A stretch of DNA of 64,000 bases from Nitrospirales bacterium (lineage in GTDB: Bacteria; Nitrospirota; Nitrospiria; Nitrospirales; UBA8639): assembly GCA_031315915.1 (NCBI GenBank), contig JALDRK010000020.1, forward strand, positions 211-64,210, written 5' to 3'. The notes under the pieces are model-generated. The model saw only the letters and a program-made list of their open reading frames with translations, ran no database searches and was not told the DNA's origin. Positions 41,433 to 51,679 of the stretch are shown here, in pieces; position 1 is the stretch's first letter; each line of letters opens with the position of its first letter. Position numbers and translations under genes: made by a program.

Positions 41433-41717
41433 TTATTCGTCCTCATCGTCTTCCTTAGGCTTGGGTTTGGCTTTGGCCTGAATCGCCTTTTCGGCACTTT
41501 GGCGAGGCGGCACACCGATAAAGGTCAGCCGTCCATTGATGATGGTGGCCGGAACAGCCCGAATGGCATGACGTTCGGCAAGTTCCTGGCCGGCCTCCGA
41601 TCCAATATCAATTTCTCGATAGGTGAAGCTGTATTTCACCTTCATGCCCTTCCACAGCGTCTTCGCCGAAGGGCAAGCGGGACAGGTCTTCGATACCAAC
41701 AAGGTCACACTCGCCAT
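41433..41717 (-). CDS. thioredoxin/glutaredoxin-fold protein
   Basis: CPAC redox motif near the N-terminus, cis-Pro context (AVPATII), and a charged tail KAKPKPKEDDEDE. Confidence 0.7.
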   Translation of the reverse strand: MASVTLLVSKTCPACPSAKTLWKGMKVKYSFTYREIDIGSEAGQELAERHAIRAVPATIINGRLTFIGVPPRQSAEKAIQAKAKPKPKEDDEDE

Positions 41718-41891
41718 AACTGATCACTCCTCTTTGCCAAAGGCTATCGATAAGTCATACTAGCACCGACCAAAAACCACGGGCAAGGTAATGGAGAACA
41801 AATGAATGTTCGTATGTAGCCAGTGGGCGAAACCATCGCCATGCTGCGCGGATCATCACACAATAGGCGCCTGGATTGGGTGGCAGTCGCT

Positions 41892-42653
41892 TTAGGGGTT
41901 CCGAGAAGAGGAATCTTTCTGTGCTTGCCCGGTCATGGGAACAAATCGTACGGGCAACAATTCAGATTGTTGGTGACCTTCTTCGGTTCGTTGCATCAAG
42001 AGCAGTTTTTGAGTATGCCCCCCCACCGGAACAATCAGACGCCCACCAATCGCCAATTGTTCTAATAGTGGTGAGGGCACATGACTCGGGGCCGCAGTTA
42101 AGATAATGGCATCGAAGGGACTTTCGTCCGACCATCCCTGATAACCGTCCCCCGTTCGCACTCTGACCGTGTCATAACCCAACTTCGAGAGGATAGCTTT
42201 GGCACGCAAAGCAAGTGGCTCAATAATTTCAATGGAAAACACATGGGCGCCGAGTTCGGCAAGAACAGCGGCTTGATATCCTGAACCTGTCCCGATCTCC
42301 AACACCTTTTCGCCGGAATTGAGTTTCAAGGCTTCCGTCATATACGCGACAATAAACGGCTGAGAAATCGTCTGGTTGTGTCCGATCGAAAGGGGAAAAT
42401 CTCCATAAGCCCCTTCGACATGTTCATCTGGAATGAAACGATGGCGTGGAACCCGCCTCATCGCGACTACCACCTTGGGATCAGTAATTCCTCCCCCAAC
42501 GATTTGCGTATTGACCATCCAATCCCGTTCCGCCTGCCGTGTGTCTTCATTGCCTTGACTCATAGCCTGATTTCCATTTCCGCATCGGGTCACGACGCTC
42601 CCTAGTCCTATGATGAGCAATACCGCCACCAATGACATTTTTGGTCTAAACAT
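41892..42653 (-). CDS. pcm: protein-L-isoaspartate O-methyltransferase with an N-terminal membrane/signal segment
   Basis: TISQPFIVAYMTE and VLEIGTGSGYQAAVLAEL. Start moved to MFRPKMSLVAVLLIIGLG. Confidence 0.85.
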   Translation of the reverse strand: MFRPKMSLVAVLLIIGLGSVVTRCGNGNQAMSQGNEDTRQAERDWMVNTQIVGGGITDPKVVVAMRRVPRHRFIPDEHVEGAYGDFPLSIGHNQTISQPFIVAYMTEALKLNSGEKVLEIGTGSGYQAAVLAELGAHVFSIEIIEPLALRAKAILSKLGYDTVRVRTGDGYQGWSDESPFDAIILTAAPSHVPSPLLEQLAIGGRLIVPVGGHTQKLLLMQRTEEGHQQSELLPVRFVPMTGQAQKDSSSRNP

Positions 42654-42938
42654 CCCTGTCTTTCTATCGGACAAGAGCTGGGAAGAAGGGGGTTCGCAGG
42701 CTATAACGTGGACATCCAAAAGCGTGCACGGGATTCAATCGATTGACATCAAAGATATGGAGGCCAAAGTCGAAAACAACAAATATCACGAAATATCGGA
42801 TTCACGCCAAAATCTCTTTTTTGCTGGATTAGACCGAGCAGAATTACAACAATGCTCTCGAATAACACCGTCGCCCCTAACCGTGTTTCACCTGCCGCAC
42901 CCATGGCGATGAAATCCTGAAAGAGCACGGATCGCTCG

Positions 42939-44732
42939 CTAGTCGAGAATCCGCACGTCCACGAAATGCATGTCGGCCCGCTCTTTTCCGATGTAGGCAT
43001 GACCGCCAGGGGGTGCGCCGGCCGGCGCGGTGTCAATGGTATTAGATGCCCGCAACACGGTAACGAGTTTTCCGCTTTTGCCCCCCTGCTCAAGCCGGAC
43101 TACGCCTACCCCTGGACAACTGCCCTGGGCAGCGTGGTTGGCAGTGATCGGCGCCGGCCCACGGAGCGCAATAAACAAGTAATCTCCGTTGGGGCTTCGG
43201 GATATCAGGTCAGGGGCCGGATCGTTCAGAGGCATACCCGGATCGTCCTGGATGCTGGCGGCGGCACATGGACCGATCCCGCGGCCATTCCCATTCGCCG
43301 ACGTGAGATCGTAGGTTTCCTTCCTCTTGGATCGCCCCGTCGTCTTGACCACCTCAACGTTGTTGCGGATCCGGTCCCCTGTGTGGACGTATTGCTCATC
43401 GACTGTGGCCACCACCCCGTGGGCATCCCGACGGGTGGTAACGCCCGGCAACTGGCCCGTCAGGTTAGGGGCAGTCCCACCGATATTGCCATTACTTTCA
43501 GTATTGGCCATGTCCTTAAACACAACAACAGGGGCCGGTGTATTTTCCGGGTTGAATTCCGACGCGAACGGGAAACCGGCGTGTCGCAGTGTGTAAACGG
43601 TAAACGTCGAGTGGACAGCTCCTGCCGGCGAAGCCGCGACCCCGGCATCCAAATGGATAAGGCCGTTGGCCTGGGCACCGGCGCAGCCCGCGCCGTTGAT
43701 CACCTCGTTGCCATATTCACCAACGATGGCCATCGGAGTGGCCGCCGAGTCAACTACGAGCAGGCCACCGCCGGCCAGCGTCACATAGATAAGGGAGTTG
43801 TCATAGGCCGGAATGGGGCAGAGGATTGCCGTGTTCGGCCTGCCGCCGGAAGACCCATTCAGGCCAGAGACGCAGCCGTTCTCCTTGCAGAACCCGTTCG
43901 GGGTCAGATCGCTAACATCAGGTAATCCCGCTTGAATACTCCCAATTAGCGGGTTGTTGATCGCGTTGTTGCCAAGGTACACGCGCGGGGGTTCCACCGT
44001 AGCTTGCCCCTTGCCAACGCCAAGAGCCGCCCCCATATTGTAGGTTAATCCGGTGATCTCGCCGTTTGCAGTACGGGTGACGTCGATTCGCTCGACGATC
44101 CGCCCGTCCAGGTTACATACAAGAATGGCGAGCCCGTCAAACCGCCAGAAGCTCATGTGGTTGGTGCGACCCGTCCCGGTCTGAGTCGCCCTGAACAGAG
44201 CGATCCCCTCCTTGTTCTCGGCATCCATGATCCCGATCATTCCCCCGCCCGGCGCAAAGAAGCTCAACAGCACATATTTGCGCTGAGGATCAATGAACGA
44301 GGAATGCAAACGGCCCGTGGGAGGTCGAGTGCCCCCGGTCGGGTTATTAAACTCGTTGTGCTCGGCAAGAGCGGACGGGAAAACCAGATTCGTATCACAT
44401 GGCGCGCTGGTTCCTGCACAGGGTAAGGGTTGGGCCATCGGACCACCCTTGATTTGCTTCTCCACGTCGTCACTATGCCAAATCCAGACAAAACTGCCGT
44501 TCAGGCCTAATCCGGTCTGGCCGGCAACGGAGTTGGACTGGTCGCTTCCCCACAGCTCGTAACGAATCAGTCTATCTTGATCGTGTCCGCCCTCCTCCTG
44601 ACTATGGCCCACCTGGCCGTCTTGGCGACTTTCCTTTCCTGACTTGGCATCAACAATGGGAGTTAGCAACAGCATCGGACACAGGAATGCTGCCACAAAA
44701 AAAACGCTACGACATCGTGGGGTAATCATCAT
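42939..44732 (-). CDS. secreted protein of unknown function (beta-propeller-like repeats suspected)
   Basis: 597 aa with a signal peptide (FFVAAFLCPMLLLTPIVDA). Gly/Asn/Thr-rich, strand-like periodicity. Visibly GC-richer than its neighbours. No catalytic motif recognised. Confidence 0.65.
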   Translation of the reverse strand: MMITPRCRSVFFVAAFLCPMLLLTPIVDAKSGKESRQDGQVGHSQEEGGHDQDRLIRYELWGSDQSNSVAGQTGLGLNGSFVWIWHSDDVEKQIKGGPMAQPLPCAGTSAPCDTNLVFPSALAEHNEFNNPTGGTRPPTGRLHSSFIDPQRKYVLLSFFAPGGGMIGIMDAENKEGIALFRATQTGTGRTNHMSFWRFDGLAILVCNLDGRIVERIDVTRTANGEITGLTYNMGAALGVGKGQATVEPPRVYLGNNAINNPLIGSIQAGLPDVSDLTPNGFCKENGCVSGLNGSSGGRPNTAILCPIPAYDNSLIYVTLAGGGLLVVDSAATPMAIVGEYGNEVINGAGCAGAQANGLIHLDAGVAASPAGAVHSTFTVYTLRHAGFPFASEFNPENTPAPVVVFKDMANTESNGNIGGTAPNLTGQLPGVTTRRDAHGVVATVDEQYVHTGDRIRNNVEVVKTTGRSKRKETYDLTSANGNGRGIGPCAAASIQDDPGMPLNDPAPDLISRSPNGDYLFIALRGPAPITANHAAQGSCPGVGVVRLEQGGKSGKLVTVLRASNTIDTAPAGAPPGGHAYIGKERADMHFVDVRILD

Positions 44733-45002
44733 TTTACCTCCTGGGGAATCCGAGAAGGTGGATTGGACAGAAAGACTTTCGGGGGAGGTGGAATTTACAT
44801 AAAGCCGGATCTTTAGTCAAACATGCTGTGGCACGATCAAAAACATTCTAATCGTGCTTAAAGTAAGAATCCCAACCCAGGAAAAAGAGGTCTATAGTCT
44901 TTCAGGGAAAAAAGGCAGAGGAAATCGTCAGATCAACCGTGCAGAGAGCCCGAATCAAAGAAACACCTTGTTTCACTCGATCGGTGAACAAGAGGACAGC
45001 CA

Positions 45003-45680
45003 CTAGGTCGGGCGGGGTTCAAGTTCAATAATCCCTTTTCGAATGGCCAGAATGGCGGCCTGGGTCCTATCGTAGACCTGCAATTTGTGAAAGATATTTC
45101 TGACATGATTTTTGACGGTTTTCTCGCTGAGATCCAATACATTGGCAATTTCCTTGTTGGTTTTTCCATCTGCAACGAGACGCAAGACGGTGATTTCCCG
45201 TTCCGTCAAATCATGCTCTAGAATACCCCGTTTTCTCCCTTTGCCTTCCGATAACAGGGAAAACTCCGCGAGAATTTTGCTGGCCACGGACGGATGAATC
45301 AAGGATTCGCCTTTGCCGATCGTCCGAATCGCGGCCACAATTTGGGCCGAATCACTGTCTTTGAGCAAATAGCCGGTCGCCCCCGCCCGCACCAGATCAA
45401 AAATATATTGCTGCTCCTCATACATCGTCAGGGCCACAACCCCGATGTGAGGGAACTCCCTTTTGATCAGCCGCGTCGCTTCCACCCCGGTCATACCCGG
45501 CATACTGACGTCCATTAAAATTACATCGGGCATCAGGGTACGTGCCTTTTCTATGGCCTCCCCACCGTCCTTGGCTTCGCCGATGACTTGAATGTCGTCT
45601 TTGGTTTCTAAAATTGCCGAGAGTCCTTCACGGACAACTCGATGGTCATCGACGATGAGAACTTTAGTCCTTTTGGCCAT
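45003..45680 (-). CDS. NarL/LuxR-family response regulator
   Basis: Start at [16 protein letters not shown] domain ([12 protein letters not shown]) plus a LuxR HTH ([35 protein letters not shown]). Confidence 0.9.
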   Translation of the reverse strand: MAKRTKVLIVDDHRVVREGLSAILETKDDIQVIGEAKDGGEAIEKARTLMPDVILMDVSMPGMTGVEATRLIKREFPHIGVVALTMYEEQQYIFDLVRAGATGYLLKDSDSAQIVAAIRTIGKGESLIHPSVASKILAEFSLLSEGKGRKRGILEHDLTEREITVLRLVADGKTNKEIANVLDLSEKTVKNHVRNIFHKLQVYDRTQAAILAIRKGIIELEPRPT

Positions 45681-46788
45681 AGGATCGCGTCTCCTTTCCG
45701 GCAATCGGGACATGGAAGGTGACCGTGGTCCCTTTGCCGGTCTCTGAATTCCACCGGACTTCTCCCCCGAGCATACGGGCACGTTCCATCATGCCCCTGA
45801 CACCAAAATGGTCCCACTTTTCGGGATTCTGACATTCCGCCTGCACATCAAACCCCACTCCATTATCCGACACAATGGCTTCCAGCATCTGCTGCTCCAA
45901 CAGAACTGGAGACCTTCACCTTGGTCGCTTTGGCATGCTTGGCCACGTTACTCAATGCTTCCTGTACCATGCGAAATACAAACACCTTAGTCTTCGGAGC
46001 AATTTGAGGTTCACGGCCTGCGGTTTCAAATTCTGTCTGAATCCGGTGTTGCGCTTCATACGATTTCAAATAATTCGCAAACGCCGGCAAGAGTGCCAGA
46101 TGATCATACTGCCCTGGACGAAGATTGTACACCACCTGCCGGGCTTCTTGAATGGCATGCTTCAGTTGATGGGTCGTCTCGCTCAACAGCTCCAAACATT
46201 TGTTCGGCTCTTCCGAGACCAATTCCCGGCATCGTTCCATTTTAAAATTGACGCCGACCAACGTCTGAACAAGGCCGTCATGGATTTCACAGGCAATTCG
46301 CGTCCGTTCTTCATCGACGGCCCCTCCGCCTCTTCCTTGACATAGAGACGGAACAGCGACTGATACCGGGTCAACGTCTGTTCAATTTCCGCTGAAGCCC
46401 GTATACGCGCTTCGATCAACTGCCACATGAATTTGGCACTGGCCCCGCCGACGAGCCAGATGTGGGGCTTCAACCTGCAATAACACCCGTTCCACCTCAG
46501 GATCGCCGGTGACATCAATGACCAAATCAACATCCTTGAGTTTCAGCAAGTCGTGATAGTTGCGAACCACGGGAATGTGTAATTTTTTGGCCAGACGCAC
46601 TCCAGCGGTTTGCGGACGAATTTCGCCAACCCCACCACTGTCACCAATGGATCCTCGGCAAAAATCTCCATCAGGGCGGTTCCTCCCCGTCCTCCACCGA
46701 TAATCGCTACTCGGCTCGTGGTGATACCGGATTTCTTCCTACGGGTCTTCGGAGAAGCAGAAGCGTTCGATAGTGCGATTTTCGGCAT
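45664..46788 (-). pseudogene. NarL-partner sensor histidine kinase (N-terminal Rossmann-like GGGRGG domain - HisKA_3 - HATPase) carrying at least four frameshifts
   Basis: Five consecutive frame segments. These are ORFs 46543..46788, 46382..46600, 46183..46533, 45863..46261 (H-box RIACEIHDGLVQTL just upstream in the same frame) and 45664..45900 (SDNGVGFD...GGEV...GKGT). Confidence 0.7.
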
Positions 46789-46899
46789 GGGAGAATCGGA
46801 AAGATCTGTTTTCTGAGGCTCAGCGTCCCGGCCAACCGGACCACTCGTCTATCTGATACAGAAAAAAAGAAACGGGTTGAAAGGGATACCTTCAGCGAT

Positions 46900-47370
46900 T
46901 TACGTCGACGTCACCCGAGTATCATGCGTCAGGGCACGAATGGTATCCATGAACTGATCGATATCTTTAAACTCGCGATAGACGGACGCAAAACGGACAT
47001 AGGCAACCGGATCCAAATCTTTCAATTCCCGCATAACTTCTTCCCCGACCGTCCGACTTGGCACTTCGGTTTCACCTAGATCCTGGATACGTTTTTCAAT
47101 TCGGTCGGCGGCCGCACCCAACGTCCCGATACTGACAGGGCGTTTTTCGCAGGCTTTTTTCAAGCCTGCAAGAATTTTTACCCGATCGAATGGCTCTCGC
47201 CGGTTATCCTTTTTCACGACCATCGGAAGGTTTTCTTCAATGCGTTCATACGTGGTAAAGCGCCGCTTACAACCCAAGCATTCGCGACGCCGACGAATGA
47301 CCTCCCCCTCCCGGGCGGTTCGGGAATCGATCACCTTATCCTCAATTAGGTCGCAGAAGGGGCATTTCAC
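46900..47370 (-). CDS. nrdR: transcriptional repressor NrdR
   Basis: MKCPFC...[12 protein letters not shown] zinc ribbon plus an ATP-cone. Confidence 0.95.
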   Translation of the reverse strand: MKCPFCDLIEDKVIDSRTAREGEVIRRRRECLGCKRRFTTYERIEENLPMVVKKDNRREPFDRVKILAGLKKACEKRPVSIGTLGAAADRIEKRIQDLGETEVPSRTVGEEVMRELKDLDPVAYVRFASVYREFKDIDQFMDTIRALTHDTRVTST

Positions 47371-47424
47371 AGAACGGATTCCTTACCGGCTAAGTTTAGG
47401 TGGGATCTGACTCGCCAGCGTTAG

Positions 47425-48687
47425 TTAGTAGGTGTGAAATATGGGAAAGCGGGAGCACAAACCCTTCACGTCCCGCAGAATTCGTTTATGCACAGCCGAA
47501 TCCTGAGGGTGCAGGATGACCTCATCCATCCAGGTCAGCAATTGTTCCATCTCAGGCTTTTGCATCCCACGCGTTGATACCGTGGGCGTGCCAATTCGAA
47601 TCCCACTGGCAATGGCGGGAGGTTTTTCGTCAAAGGGCACTGCATTTTTATTGACCACAATACCCGAGGCATTCAGTGCAGCTTCGGCGTCTTTGCCGGT
47701 CACGCCCTTATTCGATAAATCCAGAAGAAACAAATGGTTTTCCGTCCCGCCAGACACCACATGATAATCCCGCTTGATAAATCCCTGGGCCAAGGTTTTG
47801 GCATTGGCCAGAACTTGCTTCTGGTAGGTTTTAAATTCGGGAGCCAAGGCTTCTTTGAAGGCCACCGCTTTCGCGGCAATGACATGCATGAGTGGGCCGC
47901 CTTGCGTACCGGGAAAAATAATTTTGTCGACAGCTTTGGCATGCTCTTCTTTACACATGATGATGCCGGACCGTGGCCCTCGCAACGTTTTATGAGTGGT
48001 AGTCGTGACAAAATCGGCATAGGGCACGGGGCTGGGATGGAGACCCACGGCGACCAAACCGGCAATATGCGCGATATCCGCTAGCAAATAGGCTCCCACT
48101 GATTTGGCGATGCTTTGAAATCTCGGAAAATCGAGAATTTTGGAATAGGCGCTGGCTCCGACCACGATCATCCGTGGCCGGACTTCCTGAGCTTGACGCT
48201 CCACGGCATCATAGTCGATTTCCCCTGACTCCCGATTGACTCCATAGGAAAAGGCTTGAAACAGTTTGCCGGAAAAACTCACTCGGCTTCCATGTGTGAG
48301 ATGGCCACCATGGGCCAAGTCCATCCCCAAAATGGTATCGCCAGGCTTTAACACGGCGAGATACGCCGCCATATTGGCCTGAGAACCCGAATGAGGTTGA
48401 ACATTGACATGATCGCACCCGAAGATTTCTTTGGCGCGGGCGATGGCCAGATCTTCAACGATATCCACATACTGACATCCGCCATAATACCGCTTCCCGG
48501 GGTATCCCTCGGCATACTTATTGGTCATTAGGGATCCCTGAGCCCCCAGAACCGCCGGACTGGCATAATTTTCAGAAGCAATGAGGACAAGGTTTTCACG
48601 CTGTCGCTTCTCCTCGGCGCGAATAGCCGCGTACACTTCATAGTCGGTGTCTCGAATGGCTTTGAGTGTTCCAACAGAATGACGCAT
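47425..48687 (-). CDS. glyA: serine hydroxymethyltransferase
   Basis: Full-length SHMT, including the [14 protein letters not shown]-lysine motif. Confidence 0.95.
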   Translation of the reverse strand: MRHSVGTLKAIRDTDYEVYAAIRAEEKRQRENLVLIASENYASPAVLGAQGSLMTNKYAEGYPGKRYYGGCQYVDIVEDLAIARAKEIFGCDHVNVQPHSGSQANMAAYLAVLKPGDTILGMDLAHGGHLTHGSRVSFSGKLFQAFSYGVNRESGEIDYDAVERQAQEVRPRMIVVGASAYSKILDFPRFQSIAKSVGAYLLADIAHIAGLVAVGLHPSPVPYADFVTTTTHKTLRGPRSGIIMCKEEHAKAVDKIIFPGTQGGPLMHVIAAKAVAFKEALAPEFKTYQKQVLANAKTLAQGFIKRDYHVVSGGTENHLFLLDLSNKGVTGKDAEAALNASGIVVNKNAVPFDEKPPAIASGIRIGTPTVSTRGMQKPEMEQLLTWMDEVILHPQDSAVHKRILRDVKGLCSRFPIFHTY

Positions 48688-48690
48688 GGG

Positions 48691-49206
48691 TTATTCAGCC
48701 TCGGACTCTTGATCGACGAAAGGCGCGGATTCCACGACTTCGGGAGCAGCTACTGCCTCTCCGTCTTTTTTCGCAACCGTGACGCTAATTTTCGACACAA
48801 TTTCTCGATGAAGCTTTACCGGTACGGAAAACGTGCCAAGCTCCTTAATCGGTTGAGCCAACTGAATTTTTCGTCGATCAACCTCGATGCCCTTGGCCGC
48901 CAATTGTTCGGCAATGTCTTTGGTCGTGACTGACCCGAATAACTTGTTGTCCTTTCCCGTTTGAACTTCAAAGGTCAAGGAAACCCCGGACAGTTTTTTC
49001 CCAAAGTCGGTTAAAGCCATCAGCTCTTCTTTGGCTTTTCTCTCAACTTGCCGTTTGAGATGCTCAAACATCTTCTCCTGACGTTCATTGGCCACCACCG
49101 CCTTTTTTCTGGGCAGCAAATAATTTCTGGCATACCCTTTGGCAACATCCAATACATCCCCTAGATAACCCAATCCATCAATGTTTTCTTGTAAAATCAC
49201 CTTCAT
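48691..49206 (-). CDS. rplI: 50S ribosomal protein L9
   Basis: Start at MKVILQENIDGLGYLGDVLDVAKGYARNYLLP (AAGGAGA upstream). An acidic C-terminal extension is present. Confidence 0.9.
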   Translation of the reverse strand: MKVILQENIDGLGYLGDVLDVAKGYARNYLLPRKKAVVANERQEKMFEHLKRQVERKAKEELMALTDFGKKLSGVSLTFEVQTGKDNKLFGSVTTKDIAEQLAAKGIEVDRRKIQLAQPIKELGTFSVPVKLHREIVSKISVTVAKKDGEAVAAPEVVESAPFVDQESEAE

Positions 49207-49460
49207 GCACATTTCTCCTTGATAACGGGTAAATAGGGAAAACATCTTAAGACCGAGTGTGCCAATTGTCAATTTATAATAAACGATATCACCTAGGTAG
49301 AGTAAGATTTTCTTTAAGCTGTTGCTTGTGAACTACGCCTGTAAAAGCCTATATTTATAAAGGCTTTAATGCGCTTCGGAGGATATCGGACCGGACGGCT
49401 AAATTCTCTGCCGGAAGTCCGAGTCCGGTTCATAAGGACAGATAAAAAACGGGGCTCTCC

Positions 49461-49970
49461 TTGAATCAGTTTGGTTATCTTATCTTGCTTCCCAAAATCT
49501 CTTTCAACCTATTGGCAACAGTCCTGCTCATTTTCCTTTTGCATTCACCTTCCTCTCTTAGGGCCGAAGGTTCTGAGAGGACGGGAGTTCCTAATCCGGA
49601 ACATGACTTTTCCTCTTTAAATATCAGAATGAGTAACCGCCCGGTTTCTCCTCCGCCGAACCTTATAAGAACAACCATTTCCCTGGAAGGCATTTCCGTC
49701 GCACAGCCCTTTGTAACACCAGCACCCCAAGCCGCCATCATTGAAAATGATCACCGGCAGCGTGTTGCGCTTCTTTCGCAAAATCAGGAAGGCATCTGGC
49801 TTCTCCATCTCTTGGAACCCATTCCACTTGATCCGCAACTTCCTGCCCTGTTTCAATGTGCCAACGCCCGGCAATGTGAATCAGATCGCATGCCCATGAC
49901 TGGAGGGTTGGCTTGTCTGGCTCTTTGCGTCAAAGAACTCATTGAGGCGACAGTCATGGAAAACCATTGA
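49461..49970 (+). CDS. hypothetical secreted/membrane-anchored protein
   Basis: TTG start and a hydrophobic N-terminus (LLATVLLIFLLHSPSSLRA). Its stop overlaps or abuts the next ORF. Confidence 0.45.
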   Translation: MNQFGYLILLPKISFNLLATVLLIFLLHSPSSLRAEGSERTGVPNPEHDFSSLNIRMSNRPVSPPPNLIRTTISLEGISVAQPFVTPAPQAAIIENDHRQRVALLSQNQEGIWLLHLLEPIPLDPQLPALFQCANARQCESDRMPMTGGLACLALCVKELIEATVMENH

Positions 49971-51484
49971 CCATGAAACTCGACGACCTTCTCACTCACA
50001 CAGCCGCCAGTTTATTGACGGAACGGGAAACAGCCATGAGCCGGGGACTCGACGCTCCGTTGGATATTCCTACCGCCACACACCTTCGCACAGTGGGGTC
50101 TCTTCACTTGTATCAATGTCATCTTCCATTCGAACGACTGATCCTTCCGGATGTCCCCATGACACTTCTGCCTGGGAACGACATGGAACCCACGGAAGGG
50201 TATCTGTTGGGAATTTACGAAGGGGCCCTCATCATTCAAACATTTGACTATGTGGGGGAAACACTGTCTCATTGCACAATCATTCCCGACACGTCGGGAC
50301 TCTTGGAGATTGGGGAGACGCGCCTTTCAGACATGGCGAACAAGCCTGATACCTGGACATTGGGCCCCGCTGAACGACTGGTACCCTGGTTGGCTTTGCA
50401 CACCGACACCTACCAGCCGGGGTTTCGAGAAGGGATTCCTTCCGCGGTTTTGACGACCTTTTGGGATCGCGACCGCTCAACCCGCTGGACTAAGTTGACG
50501 ACATTCATCGTCGAGCAGGTACGAAAAAACAAACGGATTCTTCTTTTGGCCCCCGATCATCCGACCATCGACGCTCTTACGGGCACGGTAGCCCGTTCCC
50601 TGAAAATGGCCGCATTGCCCTACAAAAGTCTCCTTTGCCGATTCGAAATCCCGGTGCTACAGGAAACGGCAGGGATTTCTTTATCCGAGCTTGGGTTTGA
50701 AGCCCAGATGTATCAGTTTTTTGCCAAAGCCAGTTCCAACAAAGTGGCCTTGCGCAAAAAATACGACCGGTTCCGCGAACTTACACCCATCTTGGCCTAT
50801 AAACGGGACAAACAAAAAGACCTGAATGAAGTCAAACTGTTGGAATGGCGTCTGCTCACTCAGTTGAGCGAGTGGCAAGGAAAAGTGAAACACATCGATA
50901 AAATCGTCTCCGATTACGAAGCCATTCCCATTTGGAAACGCATCGGGTTGCAAGTGGCGGGAAAAAACATTGACACTCTGGCGGAATATCGCGTGATTTA
51001 CCAATCAAAAATCACCGCACTGATGTCCGAAGTCGAAGTGGCTCAGGCCCGGATTAAGGAACTCATTCCGGAAGCCACGATTCCCAAAAACCTGCGACCG
51101 GAGTATGACGAACTGAAAGAAGAAATCAAACGGCTCGGCGGGACGAAAAAAATTCGAGAAATGCTCACAGCGGGGGAAGGCACCAACCGTCAAGCCTTTG
51201 CGCAGAACAAACGCATTATGGCGACGACACCGGGGAAAATCTTGTCAGACCCACTGTTTCGCAAGGTCCCCTATGATATCCTGGTGATCGACGATGCCCC
51301 ACGTATTTCCGCTCCGCTCATTCTGGCGGCAGCAGGTCTCATACGTGAACGAATTATCTTGAGCGGCGATACCACCGACCTACAGCCGGCTGCAGACGGT
51401 TCAACAGACACAAGAGGCGTTTGGCCTCAACACTGTTTAACCTTGGCACAGACGCCGTCACCTGATCCCACCAGCGTCGGATAA
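49967..51484 (+). CDS. SF1 (AAA_11-like) helicase-related protein with degenerate motifs, lacking the C-terminal helicase half
   Basis: Motif-like segments occur in the canonical order. ILLLAPDHPTID sits where a Walker A is expected, ILVIDDAPRIS where DEAxQ is expected, and IILSGDTTDLQP where vGDxxQLpP is expected. A long coiled-coil insert separates them. The start is TTG 49967 or ATG 49973. Confidence 0.55.
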   Translation: MTMKLDDLLTHTAASLLTERETAMSRGLDAPLDIPTATHLRTVGSLHLYQCHLPFERLILPDVPMTLLPGNDMEPTEGYLLGIYEGALIIQTFDYVGETLSHCTIIPDTSGLLEIGETRLSDMANKPDTWTLGPAERLVPWLALHTDTYQPGFREGIPSAVLTTFWDRDRSTRWTKLTTFIVEQVRKNKRILLLAPDHPTIDALTGTVARSLKMAALPYKSLLCRFEIPVLQETAGISLSELGFEAQMYQFFAKASSNKVALRKKYDRFRELTPILAYKRDKQKDLNEVKLLEWRLLTQLSEWQGKVKHIDKIVSDYEAIPIWKRIGLQVAGKNIDTLAEYRVIYQSKITALMSEVEVAQARIKELIPEATIPKNLRPEYDELKEEIKRLGGTKKIREMLTAGEGTNRQAFAQNKRIMATTPGKILSDPLFRKVPYDILVIDDAPRISAPLILAAAGLIRERIILSGDTTDLQPAADGSTDTRGVWPQHCLTLAQTPSPDPTSVG

Positions 51485-51546
51485 GCCGTTTCAGTCAACG
51501 CATCACTTGACCGACTTTTCCCATTCAACGATAATCGTGAACGCGT

Positions 51547-51633
51547 GCCGAAGTGGCGGAACTGGCAGACGCACTAGATTCAGGGTCTAGCGCCCTCCGG
51601 GGTGTGCGGGTTCAAATCCCGCCTTCGGCACCA
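51547..51633 (+). tRNA. tRNA-Leu (anticodon CAG), type II with long variable arm, CCA encoded
   Basis: Acceptor GCCGAAG/CTTCGGC, anticodon stem CTAGA/TCTAG with loop TTCAGGG, T-arm GCGGG-TTCAAAT-CCCGC, then A-CCA. Confidence 0.95.
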
Positions 51634-51647
51634 TTCCCGTTTCTCCT
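51578..51647. repeat. attL: 70-nt direct repeat (3' part of tRNA-Leu plus 14 nt)
   Basis: 67/70 identical to 60490..60559. The first 44 nt are identical. Confidence 0.9.
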
Positions 51648-51679
51648 AATACATCAGCCCCTTACGCCTCTTCACGTAG

